Shown here piece after piece: positions 43,058 to 53,410 of a stretch of 64,000 nt of DNA. The number at the start of each line of letters is the position of its first letter. Position 1 is the first letter of the stretch. This DNA comes from an uncultured Candidatus Rokubacteria bacterium (GTDB lineage: Bacteria; Methylomirabilota; Methylomirabilia; Rokubacteriales; CSP1-6), in NCBI GenBank assembly GCA_963758635.1, contig CAVWWD010000006.1, positions 224,001-288,000 of the forward strand. The letters run 5' to 3'. Under the pieces are notes generated by a model that was given only the letters and a program-made list of their open reading frames with translations, did no database searches and was not told the DNA's origin. A program made the translations under genes and the position numbers.

Positions 43058-43844
43058 TCAGATCGCGGCGTGCAGGAGCTCTTCGCTCCTATCCATCTCC
43101 TCCCGCGCCTTGGCGATCATCCGATCGACGTCGTCGGGGGGATCTGGATCCCGTCGAGGGTCCAGCTCCCGTCGATCGCGTGGCGCTCGGAGAGGTCTCC
43201 GAGGCCCGGCGCACAGGCCGAACGATGTTCTCGGCGAGCTGGACCAGCTTCCGCGCGGCGAACCGCAGCGATCGGGGTGCCACCTCCGCCAGTTTCAGGC
43301 CCTTGGCGTTCCACCTCGTGAGGGAGGACGCTTGCCGCCGAGCGCAGGCACGGGGATCGTGTCGACCACGCTCGGGCAGGCCCCATCCGACGAAGCGATG
43401 CGAGAGACCACTGATTTCATCGGCCGATCTGCCCCACCATTGCTCGACCGTGATCACGAGCCGAGCTCCTCGGGCTGAACAGCTCAAGAAGGGCTCGCTC
43501 AATGCGAAGCCCGTGTTGGCAAGCCGTGGCAGGCAGCCGACGCGATATGGCTGCCCTCTCACGTTCCATGTCCGGGCCAACGAGAGCGGACCATGTCGTG
43601 GAGCGGACCAGGCATAGGCGCCCTATATCCTGCTCGTCGATGGGCCTGCCCGTGAGCGCAGACTAGGCCGAAAGTCACCGAAGAAGAGGAGCTTGTTAAG
43701 CTTCACGAGCCCGAACCCGTGTCGCTCTCGAGAGATCGACGCGAGATAGAGCACGAGCTCGCGCAGACGCCCATCATCGACGATGGGGTGGGCCTTGCGC
43801 GCCTGATATGGCGTGGTCCTTCGTTTGAGAGGGATGCGCGCCAT
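43058..43844 (-). pseudogene. Panacea/SocA (DUF4065) antitoxin-like gene, degraded
   Basis: ELVLYL...VKLNKLLFFGDF, then out-of-frame LTGRPI and HGP, and a later LSERH..DGSW-like segment. Confidence 0.55.
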
Positions 43845-43901
43845 GGCGTCAACTATGGCAGGCCGGCCCACGCAGCGTTTCCAGCGGTGTCGACCGAAGG
43901 C

Positions 43902-45215
43902 CTAGTCGGCCGCCGCCGCCACGCCCGCGGTCACCCGGGCCGGGAGGCGCAGCGTGAAGGTGCTCCCGCGGCCGGGCGCGCTCTCGACGGTGATGTCGCC
44001 GCCCATCATGCGGCAGAAGCTGGCGGCTGATCGCGAGGCCGAGCCCGGTGCCGCCGAACCTGCGGCGTGGTGGACGCCTCGGCCTGGGAGAACGCCTGGA
44101 AGAGGCGCGCCATCTGCTCCGGAGTCATCCCGATGCCGGTGTCCGACACCGGACGACGATCGAGTCGCCGTCCGCGCCCGCGACCCGGGCGCCGGCGAGG
44201 GTGACCCGCCCGCGCTCGGTGAACTTGACGGCGTTGCTGGCGAGGTTGAGCAGCGCCTGACGGATGCGCGTGGGGTCGCCGTGCATCGAGCCGAGGTCCG
44301 GGCGCGCACTCGATCGAGAGCTCGTTGCCGTTCTTCTCGGCGAGCGGCGCGCACCGTGCTCGCCACGTCCGCGACGAGGGCGCCGACCGCGAACGACTCG
44401 AGGTAGAGCTCCATCCGGCCCGCCTCGATCTTGGACAGGTCGAGGATGTCGTTGATGAGCGCGAGCAGGTGGTGGGCCGCGCGCGTGATCCGCTCCAGCG
44501 GGCTCGACGCTCTCCGCGGCCCCGACGCGCGGCGTCCTCGTGCAGCATGTCGCGTGACGCCGATGATGGCGTTCATCGGCGTGCGCAGCTCGTGGCTCAT
44601 GTTCGCGAGGAACTGGGACTTGTGCCGGCTCGCCTGCTCGAGCTCGTGGAACTGGGTGGCGTTCTCCACCGCGATCGCCGCCTGGGCGGCGAAGGTCTGG
44701 AGGAGGTGGATCTGCCGCTCCGAGAACGGCCGCGGCGCCGCCCGCGCGACCCCGATGGCGCCGATGCCACGGTCGCTCCGCACCATCGGCACGAAGAGCC
44801 CGGCCCGGAACCCGAGCGCGCGCGCGAACCGCCGGGTCAGGTCGGTCACGTTCGGGTCGGTCTCCACGTCGGGGAAGTGCAAGACGCGCTTCTCGAGGAT
44901 CACGCGGCCGGGCAGGTTCGACGCGACGAGGGGGAGCGGGTAGGCGGCGTTCGCCGCCGCCACCGTGGCGGGATCGACGCCGGGGACCTCGGCGAAGTTC
45001 GACGCGGCCAGGCGCACCTGGCCCCCCTCGGCCAGGAACACGTTCGCGAAGAGGCCGTCGCAGAGGCGGATCGCGTGGCGCATGATCGCCTCGAGCACCG
45101 GCCCCGCGTCCCCGCGCGAGCTGGCGATCAGGCGGAGGATCTCCAGCGTGGTCGCCTGCTCGTCCCGCGCCTGGCGGAGCGGAGACGGCTCGCCGGTGCG
45201 CCCCCGCCGCGTCAC
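43902..45215 (-). CDS. GAF sensor histidine kinase (frameshifted)
   Basis: GAF ([22 protein letters not shown]), [46 protein letters not shown]. Confidence 0.88.
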   Translation of the reverse strand: MTRRGRTGEPSPLRQARDEQATTLEILRLIASSRGDAGPVLEAIMRHAIRLCDGLFANVFLAEGGQVRLAASNFAEVPGVDPATVAAANAAYPLPLVASNLPGRVILEKRVLHFPDVETDPNVTDLTRRFARALGFRAGLFVPMVRSDRGIGAIGVARAAPRPFSERQIHLLQTFAAQAAIAVENATQFHELEQASRHKSQFLANMSHELRTPMNAIIGVTRHAARGRRASGPRRASSPLERITRAAHHLLALINDILDLSKIEAGRMELYLESFAVGALVADVASTVRAARREERQRALDRVRARTSARCTATPRASVRRCSTSPATPSSSPSAGGSPSPAPGSRARTATRSSSGVGHRHRDDSGADGAPLPGVLPGRGVHHAAGSAAPGSASRSAASFCRMMGGDITVESAPGRGSTFTLRLPARVTAGVAAAAD

Positions 45216-46702
45216 CGGCGCGGCGCCTCGCCGGCCGGAGCGGGCGCGATGCTCTGCTCGTAGTCGAAGAGCGTCGTGGAGTTGTAGCGCTGCTTCACCT
45301 GCAGGAGCTTCCCGAACACGTCGCCCCAGTACTGCCGGCGATAGTCGGTGAGAGTCCGCCGCGGATAGTTCTGGTAGACGGAGCCGTTCCAGTACGGCTG
45401 CATCAGGGCCACGAAGCCGTCGAGCCAGGCCACCGCCCGATCCCGCTCCTCGGGATGGAACCAGAAGGAGTCGATGAAGAGGTCCATGTCCACGTCGCGG
45501 TGGATGAACGCGTTGCCCGTCCGCGGATAGCGGTTGATCGTGCCCCCGTAGGGCTCGATGACGATCATGTCGTCCACGCTGGGACGCGTCATGTAGTAGG
45601 CGATGATGCGGCCCCAGTCCGCGGCGGTGAGCGGCCTGGCGATGTACCCGGCCTGCTTGTCCTCCATGGGCACCACGTCCACGGGCGGGATCCCGTCCGG
45701 ATACTCCAGCAGCTTCTGGTTGAGCGCGTAGTAGGAGCCGACCTCGTCGATCTGGAGCGGCTGCACGCCCGGGGTCTGCAGGAGCGGCTTCAGCTCGTTC
45801 AGGCCGTCGTTGCGCGCGCCCACGTACATGCCGCGCATGAGCAGCCACGGGCCGTCCTTCTGCTCGGTGACGATGGTCATGTACCCGAGCCGGTCGGAGG
45901 CGCCCGTGCGCATGAAGCCCTTCTGCATCGCGACCAGCGCGTCCGGCGCGTGATCGAGGCGCCAGCGCAGGCCGAACCCCCACACCGACGGCAGCTCGTG
46001 GAGCCGGTACACGACGTTGATGAGCACCCCGAGGTTGTTGCCGGTGCCGCCCCGGATCGCCCAGAAGAGGTCGGCGGCGTCCTTCTCGTCGGCGATGACC
46101 AGCCCGCGGTCCGGGGTCAGGACGCGCACGGACAGGACGTTGTCGCAGTTCATGCCGAAGGCGCGGGAGGTGAAGCCGTAGCCGCCCCCCTGCATGTAAC
46201 CGCCCACGTAGAAGTCCTCGCAGCCTCCGCCCGGCACGTGCAGGCCGTAGCCGTTGAGCTCGGCGTTGACCTTGCCGAAGTTGGCCCCCGCGCCCACGCG
46301 CGCGGTCAGGGACGCCTGGTCCACGATCACGTAGTCGTAGCTGCTCATGTCGAGCACGAGCCCTTCGTTGACGGAGAAGCCCGCGGTGCTGTGGCCGCCC
46401 GAGCGGCAGGCGATCTTCCAGCCGTACTGGCGGGCCCAGTCGAGGCACTGCCGGATGTCGTCCAGGACCTCGCAGTACGCGATGACCTTCGGAAAGGCCT
46501 GGAAGGCCGGATTCGACTCCTGGCGGTCCTTGTCGTAACCGGGCGAGGTGGGATAGACGAGGGTGCCGCGGAAGCTCCCCTCGAGCGTTTCCACCGCCTG
46601 GCGGTCGAGCCCGAGGCGGGTGAGGGCCGCGGCGTCAGCGCGCCCGAGGGCCTGGAGCCGGCTCTCCTTCGCCTGACGCCATCTGGACTTGAAAAAGGCC
46701 AT
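45212..46702 (-). CDS. FAD-binding oxidoreductase, berberine-bridge-enzyme-like
   Basis: RSGGHS covalent-FAD motif, [28 protein letters not shown]. Confidence 0.92.
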   Translation of the reverse strand: MAFFKSRWRQAKESRLQALGRADAAALTRLGLDRQAVETLEGSFRGTLVYPTSPGYDKDRQESNPAFQAFPKVIAYCEVLDDIRQCLDWARQYGWKIACRSGGHSTAGFSVNEGLVLDMSSYDYVIVDQASLTARVGAGANFGKVNAELNGYGLHVPGGGCEDFYVGGYMQGGGYGFTSRAFGMNCDNVLSVRVLTPDRGLVIADEKDAADLFWAIRGGTGNNLGVLINVVYRLHELPSVWGFGLRWRLDHAPDALVAMQKGFMRTGASDRLGYMTIVTEQKDGPWLLMRGMYVGARNDGLNELKPLLQTPGVQPLQIDEVGSYYALNQKLLEYPDGIPPVDVVPMEDKQAGYIARPLTAADWGRIIAYYMTRPSVDDMIVIEPYGGTINRYPRTGNAFIHRDVDMDLFIDSFWFHPEERDRAVAWLDGFVALMQPYWNGSVYQNYPRRTLTDYRRQYWGDVFGKLLQVKQRYNSTTLFDYEQSIAPAPAGEAPRR

Positions 46703-46957
46703 GCTGGCTCCTCGTCGCGCGGCGCGGCGGCGGCTCCGCAGCGCCACGCCGTCGAAATCGGCGGCACACCGTGGCTTCGAGCAGGGCGAGAATCGCCTTC
46801 GACCGCGGGGCAAGTCAAGCGGGGGAACCCCCTCCTTGCGCTCCGCGGCGCGATGGCCGATGCTCGGCGCGCGGCACGATGCGCGCGCCGGACGTCAGTG
46901 GTCACGGCGCGACGCTCGGCGGCGCTCGATCCACCGCTCGTCGAAAAGGAGCCTTGC

Positions 46958-48268
46958 GTGAGCGATCGCCAGAACTTCGTGTTCATCCTCGCCGACGACC
47001 TGGGCTGGGCCGACCTCGGCTGCTACGGGGGCCGGGAGCCCTGCTCGCCCGCGCTCGACCGGCTGGCCGCGGAGGGCCTGCGCTTCACCAACGGCTACTC
47101 GAACTCGCCGGTGTGCTCGCCCACGCGCTTCGCCCTCATCACGGGCCGCTTCCAGTACCGGCTGCGCGCCGGCAACGACGAGCCCATCGCGAGCCGGCAC
47201 CGCGGCAACGCCGAGCTGGGGCTGCCGCCCGCGCATCCCACGCTGCCCTCGATCCTCCGCGACGCCGGCTACACCACGGCGCTGGCCGGCAAGTGGCACC
47301 TCGGCTTCCTGCCGCACTTCGGCCCGCTCAAGAGCGGCTACGGCGAGTTCTTCGGCCCGATGAGCGGCGGGCTCGACTACTTCACGCACCGCGACTCCGC
47401 GGGCAACCACGACCTCTTCGAGGGCGAGAAGGAGTCGCACGTCGAGGGCTACCTGACCGACCTGATCTCCGATCGGGCGGTGCAGTTCATCGAGCGGCAG
47501 CGCGGGCGGCGCGAGCCGTTCTTCCTGTCCGTGCACTACACGGCGCCGCACTGGCCGTGGGAGACGCGCGCCGACGAGACGCTGGCCCGCGGCCTCGAGC
47601 GCATCTCCCACACCGACGGCGGCTCGGTGGCCACGTACCTCGCGATGGTCCGGCACATGGACGAGGGCATCGGCCGCATCCTCGCCGCGCTCGCCGCCAC
47701 CGGCGCCGCGGACAGCACGCTGGTCGTGTTCACGAGCGACAACGGCGGCGAGCGCTTCTCGGACACGTGGCCGCTCGTCGGCAAGAAGATGGACCTGCTG
47801 GAAGGCGGGATCCGCGTGCCGTACATCGTCCGCTGGCCCGGGCGCATCCGGCCCGGCGGCGTCACGGCGCAGCTCGCGATCACCATGGACTGGGTGCCGA
47901 CGTTCCTCGAGGCAGCGGGAGCGGCGCCGCATCCCGACTATCCGCTCGACGGCATGAGCCTCCTGCCCGTGCTCGAGCGGCCCGAGGCCCCGGTGGATCG
48001 CGAGCTCTTCTGGCGCATGAAGTTCCGCGACCAGCGCGCGATGCGCTCCGGCCCGTGGAAGTACCTCTCGCTGGAAGGCGACGAGTTCCTCTTCGACCTC
48101 TCACGCGATCAGCGCGAGCGCGCCAACCTCGTCCGCCGCGAGCCCGCGCGCCTGGCCGCCATGCGCGCCCGCTACGACGCCTGGGAAGCCACCGTTCCGG
48201 CCCTCCCTGCCGACGCCACGTTCAGCATCCCGTACACCAAGGCCGACCTCGCCCGGCCCTCCGGCTGA
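46958..48268 (+). CDS. Arylsulfatase (Cys-type formylglycine sulfatase)
   Basis: ILADDLG, CSPTR, GKWHLG, SDNGG, EGGIRVP. Confidence 0.95.
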   Translation: MSDRQNFVFILADDLGWADLGCYGGREPCSPALDRLAAEGLRFTNGYSNSPVCSPTRFALITGRFQYRLRAGNDEPIASRHRGNAELGLPPAHPTLPSILRDAGYTTALAGKWHLGFLPHFGPLKSGYGEFFGPMSGGLDYFTHRDSAGNHDLFEGEKESHVEGYLTDLISDRAVQFIERQRGRREPFFLSVHYTAPHWPWETRADETLARGLERISHTDGGSVATYLAMVRHMDEGIGRILAALAATGAADSTLVVFTSDNGGERFSDTWPLVGKKMDLLEGGIRVPYIVRWPGRIRPGGVTAQLAITMDWVPTFLEAAGAAPHPDYPLDGMSLLPVLERPEAPVDRELFWRMKFRDQRAMRSGPWKYLSLEGDEFLFDLSRDQRERANLVRREPARLAAMRARYDAWEATVPALPADATFSIPYTKADLARPSG

Positions 48269-48389
48269 AGGCCCGAGGCGAGCGCGTCCAAGTCGATAGC
48301 GAGCGGGCGGTGGCGCCGAAGCTGGTCGGTCACCGTCTTTCCGCGCAAGCTCCCGCGCGGACCCGCCGCGCCGCAGTCGAGTTACAGTA

Positions 48390-48612
48390 CATCGAAACAG
48401 CCTGCGGATTGCGGATTCCGCGGTCCTTTGCCGCCGAGGCTCAGGTGGAGGAAGGAGTGACTGTGGATCTGTCGGTTGAGAATGGGCAACTCTTGGTCCG
48501 ACCACTCCGGGTGCGCAGGTATTCGCTGAACCTACTCCTCCGCAAAGTAAGCCGGCGAAACCTGCACGGCGAGATCGCGACGGGGAGCACAGTCGGCCGC
48601 GAGGCGTGGTAG
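48390..48612 (+). pseudogene. mazE: MazE/AbrB-type antitoxin, 5' end degraded
   Basis: LRIPRSFA...YSLNLLL..VSRRNLHGEIATG..VGREAW; no intact start. Confidence 0.7.
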
Positions 48613-48775
48613 TGGCGGCCTATGTGCCCGCGCGCGGGGACCTTATTTGGCTTCAGTTCAACCCCCAAGCGGGCCACGAACAAGCGGGCCATCGCCCCGC
48701 TGTGGTCATCTCCCCGAGTTCATACAACCGTCGCGTGGGCTTGGCTCTCTGCTGCCCAGTCATCAGGTGAAGGGA
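48612..48775 (+). pseudogene. mazF: MazF toxin, truncated
   Basis: YVPARGDLIWLQFNPQAGHEQAGHRPAVVISPSSYNRRVGLALCCPV, then a frameshift and loss of the C-terminal half. Confidence 0.85.
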
Positions 48776-48794
48776 GATTCAAGTGCTGTTCCGC

Positions 48795-49035
48795 ATGCGA
48801 ACTTGGACTTCGAGGCGATATTTCAGATAGATCAAAGCCTACTGGCGGTGGCCGAACGACATCCAGCTGCTGCTGAAGACTTGCGGGATACCAGTCGGCA
48901 GACATCGCGCTCACGGACGTGCAGAAGGCAGAGCTCGATCGGCGCTTGGAAGATCTCGCGCAGCACCCCGATGAAGGGGAACCCTGGGAGGTAGTCCGGG
49001 CCCGGCTATACGTGCGCCTGAAGCGTGGCGAGTGA
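48795..49035 (+). pseudogene. Addiction-module antitoxin remnant (TIGR02574-like)
   Basis: LTDVQKAELDRRLEDL..HPDEGEPWEVVRARL; 5' part degenerate. Confidence 0.7.
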
Positions 49036-49190
49036 CGCGCGAGGCTTCATCGTCCGCCCAGCTGCTGAAGCCGATATCGAGCAGGCGGCGCTGTGGTACG
49101 AACTGCGCTCAGTCGGTCTCGGGGCCGATTTCCTTCGGGCGCTCGATGTCTGTTTCGAGCAGATTCGGCGAGGTCCTGAGAGCTTCCAGC
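49025..49190 (+). pseudogene. RelE/ParE toxin, truncated
   Basis: IVRPAAEADIEQAALWYE..SVGLGADFLRAL..IRRGP, then an abrupt switch to unrelated sequence. Confidence 0.75.
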
Positions 49191-49788
49191 AAGCCGGGCC
49201 GAAACGCCACCGGGGTGGCAGCCTATACCGGCATGGAGGTTTCCATCAAGCGGCACGAGTTCCTGCGCGAGATCGCACCGGCGGCTAAGCGCCTCTCCTG
49301 GATCTCCCAGCCGGCCCACAACCAAGACGTTCCGGGGCGCGCCGCTTGACCTGAAGGTTGACGCAGCGGTCAGACAGCTCGGCTATGAGCCACAGTTTCA
49401 CGTCGTACGAAAGACCGAGGACCTGGAAGGGGCGTTCTCGGAAATCGTCGCGTTCCGGGCGCAAGCCCTCTCGGTCGCGGGAAGCGTACTCCTCCACAAC
49501 GCCCGCCAGCGTATCGCCGACTTCGCGCTCGAGCATCGCCTTCCGAGCGCATCCATCATGCGCACGTTCGTCGAGGCAGGCGGCTTGCTTTCCTACAGCG
49601 TCGCCGGTGGGACGGGAGAACGAATGGCCGAATACGTCGACCGGATCCTTCGCGGCACGCGACCCGCCGACCTGCCGGTGGAGCGGCCGAGCCGCTACGA
49701 GCTGGTGATCAATTTGAAAACCGCCAAGGCGCTCCGACTGAAAGTCCCGCAGTCGATCCTGCTGCGCGCCGACCGGGTGATCGAGTGA
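49190..49788 (+). pseudogene. ABC transporter substrate-binding protein (ABC_sub_bind) C-terminal fragment
   Basis: PGRNATG, GGLLSY, YVDRILRGTRPADLPVERP..ELVINLKTAKAL..ADRVIE. Confidence 0.8.
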
Positions 49789-50015
49789 CGCGCGTAAGCG
49801 CGTGCACGGCACAACAAGTCGCGAGGCGCAATCACCAACGCACGCAAAGCGCGAACTCCGCGACGGGGTAGTCCCGCGCGGGAGCTTGCGCCGCCGTCCT
49901 CGCCCCAGGGTGGGTGTTTGCGAGTCCTCGTGTTGTGAGGGGCGCAGTAAACCTGGACCCGGCAGAGGACCTGCTTCGCGGCGCCGCGACTGCGCGCCCG
50001 CCGCTGAGGCCAGGC

Positions 50016-50090
50016 GTGATCCCCGCAGCGCAGTACGCCGAGATCCGCCGCCTCTTCCACGCCGAGCACTGGCGCATCGGCACCATCGTG
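50016..50090 (+). mobile_element. IS21 IstA transposase N-terminal remnant
   Basis: VIPAAQYAEIRRLFHAEHWRIGTI resembles IS21 transposase N-termini; abruptly truncated. Confidence 0.55.
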
Positions 50091-50120
50091 AGAACGCGGG
50101 TCGGGTATATACTCGTCCAT

Positions 50121-50372
50121 ATGAAGCAGCAGCTCTTGATCGAGATCGACAAGGACATGGCGACGCAGCTCGAGCGCGTCGCCCCGACCCGTTCTCGGCG
50201 CCGGTCCGAGTTCATCCGTGCCGCGATCCGGCGGGCTCTGTGGGAACTCGAGGAACACGCCACCGCGCAGGCGTATGCGCGCCAGCCGGACTCGGCGAAG
50301 GAGGTGTATCTCGACGCGGCGGTCTGGGAGGCGCCCCCGCGGTCTCGATCTCGCCCACGACGTTGCCAGTGA
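50121..50372 (+). CDS. Ribbon-helix-helix antitoxin
   Basis: RSEFIRAAI RHH motif, AYARQP; GTGA overlap with the toxin gene. Confidence 0.8.
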   Translation: MKQQLLIEIDKDMATQLERVAPTRSRRRSEFIRAAIRRALWELEEHATAQAYARQPDSAKEVYLDAAVWEAPPRSRSRPRRCQ

Positions 50373-50698
50373 GACAGTATGAGATTCGGTGGGCCAACCT
50401 TCCCGACCCAATCGGTCGGCGCCCGGTCCTGCTCTTGACGCGAACCCCGGCCTACGAGTACCTCACGAAGGTCGTCGTCGCCGAGATCACCACCACGGTG
50501 AGGGACATTCCCCAGGAGGTTCCGCTCGGGCGGCGGGAGGGGCTTGGCCGGCCCTCAGTCGCCAACCTCGACAACATCCACGTGATCCCGCTGGATCGCG
50601 TCGGTGAGCTAGTCGGGGTCCTCCCGAGCGCCCGGCACACCGAGGTCAAGCGCGCCGTTGGATATGCCCTTGACTGGCCCGAGCTGAAGGTGCTCTGA
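50369..50698 (+). CDS. mazF: MazF/PemK family toxin
   Basis: EIRWANLP..GRRPVLLLTR, VAEITTTVR..EV, SVANLDNI. Confidence 0.9.
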   Translation: MRQYEIRWANLPDPIGRRPVLLLTRTPAYEYLTKVVVAEITTTVRDIPQEVPLGRREGLGRPSVANLDNIHVIPLDRVGELVGVLPSARHTEVKRAVGYALDWPELKVL

Positions 50699-50758
50699 GC
50701 GCCACCCGCCACCCCGCCGTCGAGCTGCTGCGCCCGAGGCGTTCGCGTTGCCACTAGT

Positions 50759-51649
50759 CTAGGACGGGGGCGCGTGGTCGAGCCACCAGCGGGCGATCTC
50801 GCTGCGGCGGGCGAACCAGACGCGGGGCATCGAGCGGACCTCGGCGAGGAAGCGGTCGAGGCCGGCGGCGCGGGCGGGGCGGCCGGCGATCCGGCAGTGC
50901 AGGCCGACCGACATCATGCGGGGGCACGTGGCGCCTTCCTCGTAGAGCGTGGCGAAGGCGTCGCGCAGGTAGCGGAAGAAGTCCTCGCCGTGGTTGAGGC
51001 CGCCGCGCCAGAAGCGGATGTCGTTGGTGTCGAGCGCGTAGGGCACGACCAGCCAGGGCCGGCCGTGCACGCGCGTGTAGTACGGCAGGTCGTCGTTGTA
51101 GGCGTCGGAGTCGTAGAGGAAGTGCCCGGAGGCGGCGACCAGCTCGCGCGTGTTCACGCTGGGGCCGTAGCGGCAGTACCAGCCGGCCGGCGCCTGGCCG
51201 GTGGTGCGCGTGATCGAGGCCACGGCGCGGTCGATGGCCGCGCTCTCGGCCTCGCGGTCGAGCAGGAAGTGCTCCTGCCAGCGGTCGCCGTGACCGAGCA
51301 CGTCGTGGCCGCCCGCGGTGATCGCCCGCGCCACCGCCGGGTTCTTCTCCAACGCCACCGCGCACGCGAAGAACGTGCTCTTCACGTCGTGCTTGTCGAA
51401 GATCCGGAGCAGCCGCCACACGCCGGCGCGGCTGCCGTACTCGAACATGGACTCGTTGGCGAGGTCGCGCGCGTCCGCGGGCACCGGCGACGGGGCCTCG
51501 GCGAGCATCTCCCGCCGGCCGTTGCCGTCCTCGTGCCGGTTCTCGGAGCCCTCCTCGTAGTTCACCACCAGGTTGATGGCCACCCGGGCCCCGCCCGGCC
51601 ATCCCACCACGGGCGGCCGCTCCCCGTAGCCGACGAGGTCGCGCTCCAT
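50759..51649 (-). CDS. PuuE-like allantoinase / polysaccharide deacetylase family
   Basis: RDLVGYG..WPGGARVA..VNYEEG, YGSRAG.WR, YDSDAYNDDLPY, MSVGLH. Confidence 0.9.
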   Translation of the reverse strand: MERDLVGYGERPPVVGWPGGARVAINLVVNYEEGSENRHEDGNGRREMLAEAPSPVPADARDLANESMFEYGSRAGVWRLLRIFDKHDVKSTFFACAVALEKNPAVARAITAGGHDVLGHGDRWQEHFLLDREAESAAIDRAVASITRTTGQAPAGWYCRYGPSVNTRELVAASGHFLYDSDAYNDDLPYYTRVHGRPWLVVPYALDTNDIRFWRGGLNHGEDFFRYLRDAFATLYEEGATCPRMMSVGLHCRIAGRPARAAGLDRFLAEVRSMPRVWFARRSEIARWWLDHAPPS

Positions 51650-51657
51650 GCCCGGGC

Positions 51658-53235
51658 TCACGTCGACGGCCGCCCGCGACGGAGCGCGCGGCCCGCGAGC
51701 ACGCCGGTGTGCCGCCCGCCGTCCACCACCACCTTGCCGTTGACGATCACGTAGTCGATGCCCACGGGGAACTGCTTGGGCTGGGTCCGCGTCGCCGGCG
51801 TCTTCACCGTCTTCGGGTCGAACACGACCACGTCGGCCTTGAAGCCGTCGCGCAGGAGGCCCCGGTCGGGCAGGCCCAGGCGCTGCGCGGGGAACGAGGT
51901 CATCTTGCGGATGGCGTCGGGCAGCGCCATGAAGCGCTCCTCCCGCACGAACTCGGAGAGGATGATCGGGAAGCACCCGTAGGTGCGCGGGCTCGGGAAG
52001 TCGCCGATCAGGAGCGCGTCGCTGCCCACCATGGACAGTGGGTGGCTCACGAACTTCGGCAGCGTGGCCAGGTTGCCGCCGGCGGAGACGTAGGACACCT
52101 CGAGGGCCTCGTCCACCAGGAGGTCGCACACCACGTCCACGGGATCGCGGTCCAGCATGTCCGCGGTCTGCTGGATGGAGCGTCCCTCGAAGCGATGGTT
52201 GGCCGGCTTGCGGAAGTTGGTCAGCCACATGTCGCCCCACGAGCTGGCGCGCGGCCCCATGTCCGCCCGCAGCTTCGCGCGGTTCCTCGGGTCGCGCAGC
52301 ACCTCGGTCAGCGTCTCGGGCCCGCCGGAGTGCGTCCACTGGGGCAGCAGGATCGTGAGGCGCGTGGACGAGAGGTTGTACGGGTAGCTGTCGAAGGTGA
52401 CGTTGAGGCCGGACTCCCGCGCGCCCTCCACCAGGTCGAGCATCCGGCTCGCCCCGCCCGGCGACGTGGTCCGATGGTAGAAGTGCGTGATGTGCACGGG
52501 CACGTCGCTGCCCCGGCCGATGTCGAGGGCCTCGCGGAACGGGTCCAGGAAGCGGTCGCCCAGGCTGTAGCGCACGTGGGTGTGGTAGATGCCGCCGAGT
52601 CGCGCCGCCTCGCGCGACAGCTCGGTGAGCTCCGCGGTGTCGGCGTAGCTGCCCGGCGGATAGTCCAGGCCGGTGGACATGCCGAACGCGCCCTCCTCCA
52701 TGGCCGTGCGGAGGAGCGCGCGCATGTTGGCCACCTCGTCGCGCGTGGCCGGCCGGTCGTCCCAGCCGAGCGCGCCGATGCGGAGCGGCGAGTTGCCCAC
52801 GATGTACACCACGTTGACGGCCACGCGCTGGCTGAACATGTCCAGGTACTGTTCGACGGTGGACCAGCGGCCGGGCAGCGGCGGGTTGCCGTCGAGGCCC
52901 GAGTTGATCTGCACGAAGCGCAGGAAGTCGTCGTGCGAGGAAAACGGCGCGTAGGAGTTCCCGTCCACCCCGATCAGCTCGGTGGTGACGCCCTGCCGCA
53001 CCTTGGCCTCGTGCTCGGGCTCGGCGAGGATCACGAGCCCGGAGTGCGCGTGCATGTCGATGAATCCCGGGCACACCACGTGCCCGGTGGCGTCGATGCG
53101 GCGCCCCGCCTCGATGGCGCGCGTGTCGCCGCGCAGCACGTGAACACGCTCGCCCTCGACGGCGATGTCGCCGTAGAAGCCCGGGTTGCCGGTGCCGTCG
53201 ACGACGAGGCCCCCGTGGATCAGCAGATCGACCAT
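51658..53235 (-). CDS. N-acyl-D-amino-acid deacylase (D-aminoacylase)
   Basis: VVDGTG, PGFIDMHAH, GMSTGLDYPPG, GSDA, DRGLLRDGFKAD. Confidence 0.93.
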   Translation of the reverse strand: MVDLLIHGGLVVDGTGNPGFYGDIAVEGERVHVLRGDTRAIEAGRRIDATGHVVCPGFIDMHAHSGLVILAEPEHEAKVRQGVTTELIGVDGNSYAPFSSHDDFLRFVQINSGLDGNPPLPGRWSTVEQYLDMFSQRVAVNVVYIVGNSPLRIGALGWDDRPATRDEVANMRALLRTAMEEGAFGMSTGLDYPPGSYADTAELTELSREAARLGGIYHTHVRYSLGDRFLDPFREALDIGRGSDVPVHITHFYHRTTSPGGASRMLDLVEGARESGLNVTFDSYPYNLSSTRLTILLPQWTHSGGPETLTEVLRDPRNRAKLRADMGPRASSWGDMWLTNFRKPANHRFEGRSIQQTADMLDRDPVDVVCDLLVDEALEVSYVSAGGNLATLPKFVSHPLSMVGSDALLIGDFPSPRTYGCFPIILSEFVREERFMALPDAIRKMTSFPAQRLGLPDRGLLRDGFKADVVVFDPKTVKTPATRTQPKQFPVGIDYVIVNGKVVVDGGRHTGVLAGRALRRGRPST

Positions 53236-53325
53236 GCGTGTGTCTCCTTCGGTTGGTCGAGATGCGCTCTGGACTCGCGGAGATCCTGGGACACCCACCG
53301 CGCCCCGTCAAGTCGCTCACACGTT

Positions 53326-53379
53326 CCCCTCTCCCCTCTTTGGGGAGAGGGCAGGGTGAGGGGCGGTGGCATGAGCACG
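53326..53379 (+). repeat. BoxC/REP-like palindromic repeat
   Basis: CCCCTCTCCCCTCTTTGGGGAGAGGGCAGGGTGAGGGGCGGTGGCA. Confidence 0.85.
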
Positions 53380-53410
53380 CCGGTCGGGGCTCTTGTGGCA
53401 TGATGACGCA

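Noticed and set aside
48270..50698. Integron cassette array or prophage
   Set aside because: No integrase, no recognisable attC repeats and no phage genes in the window
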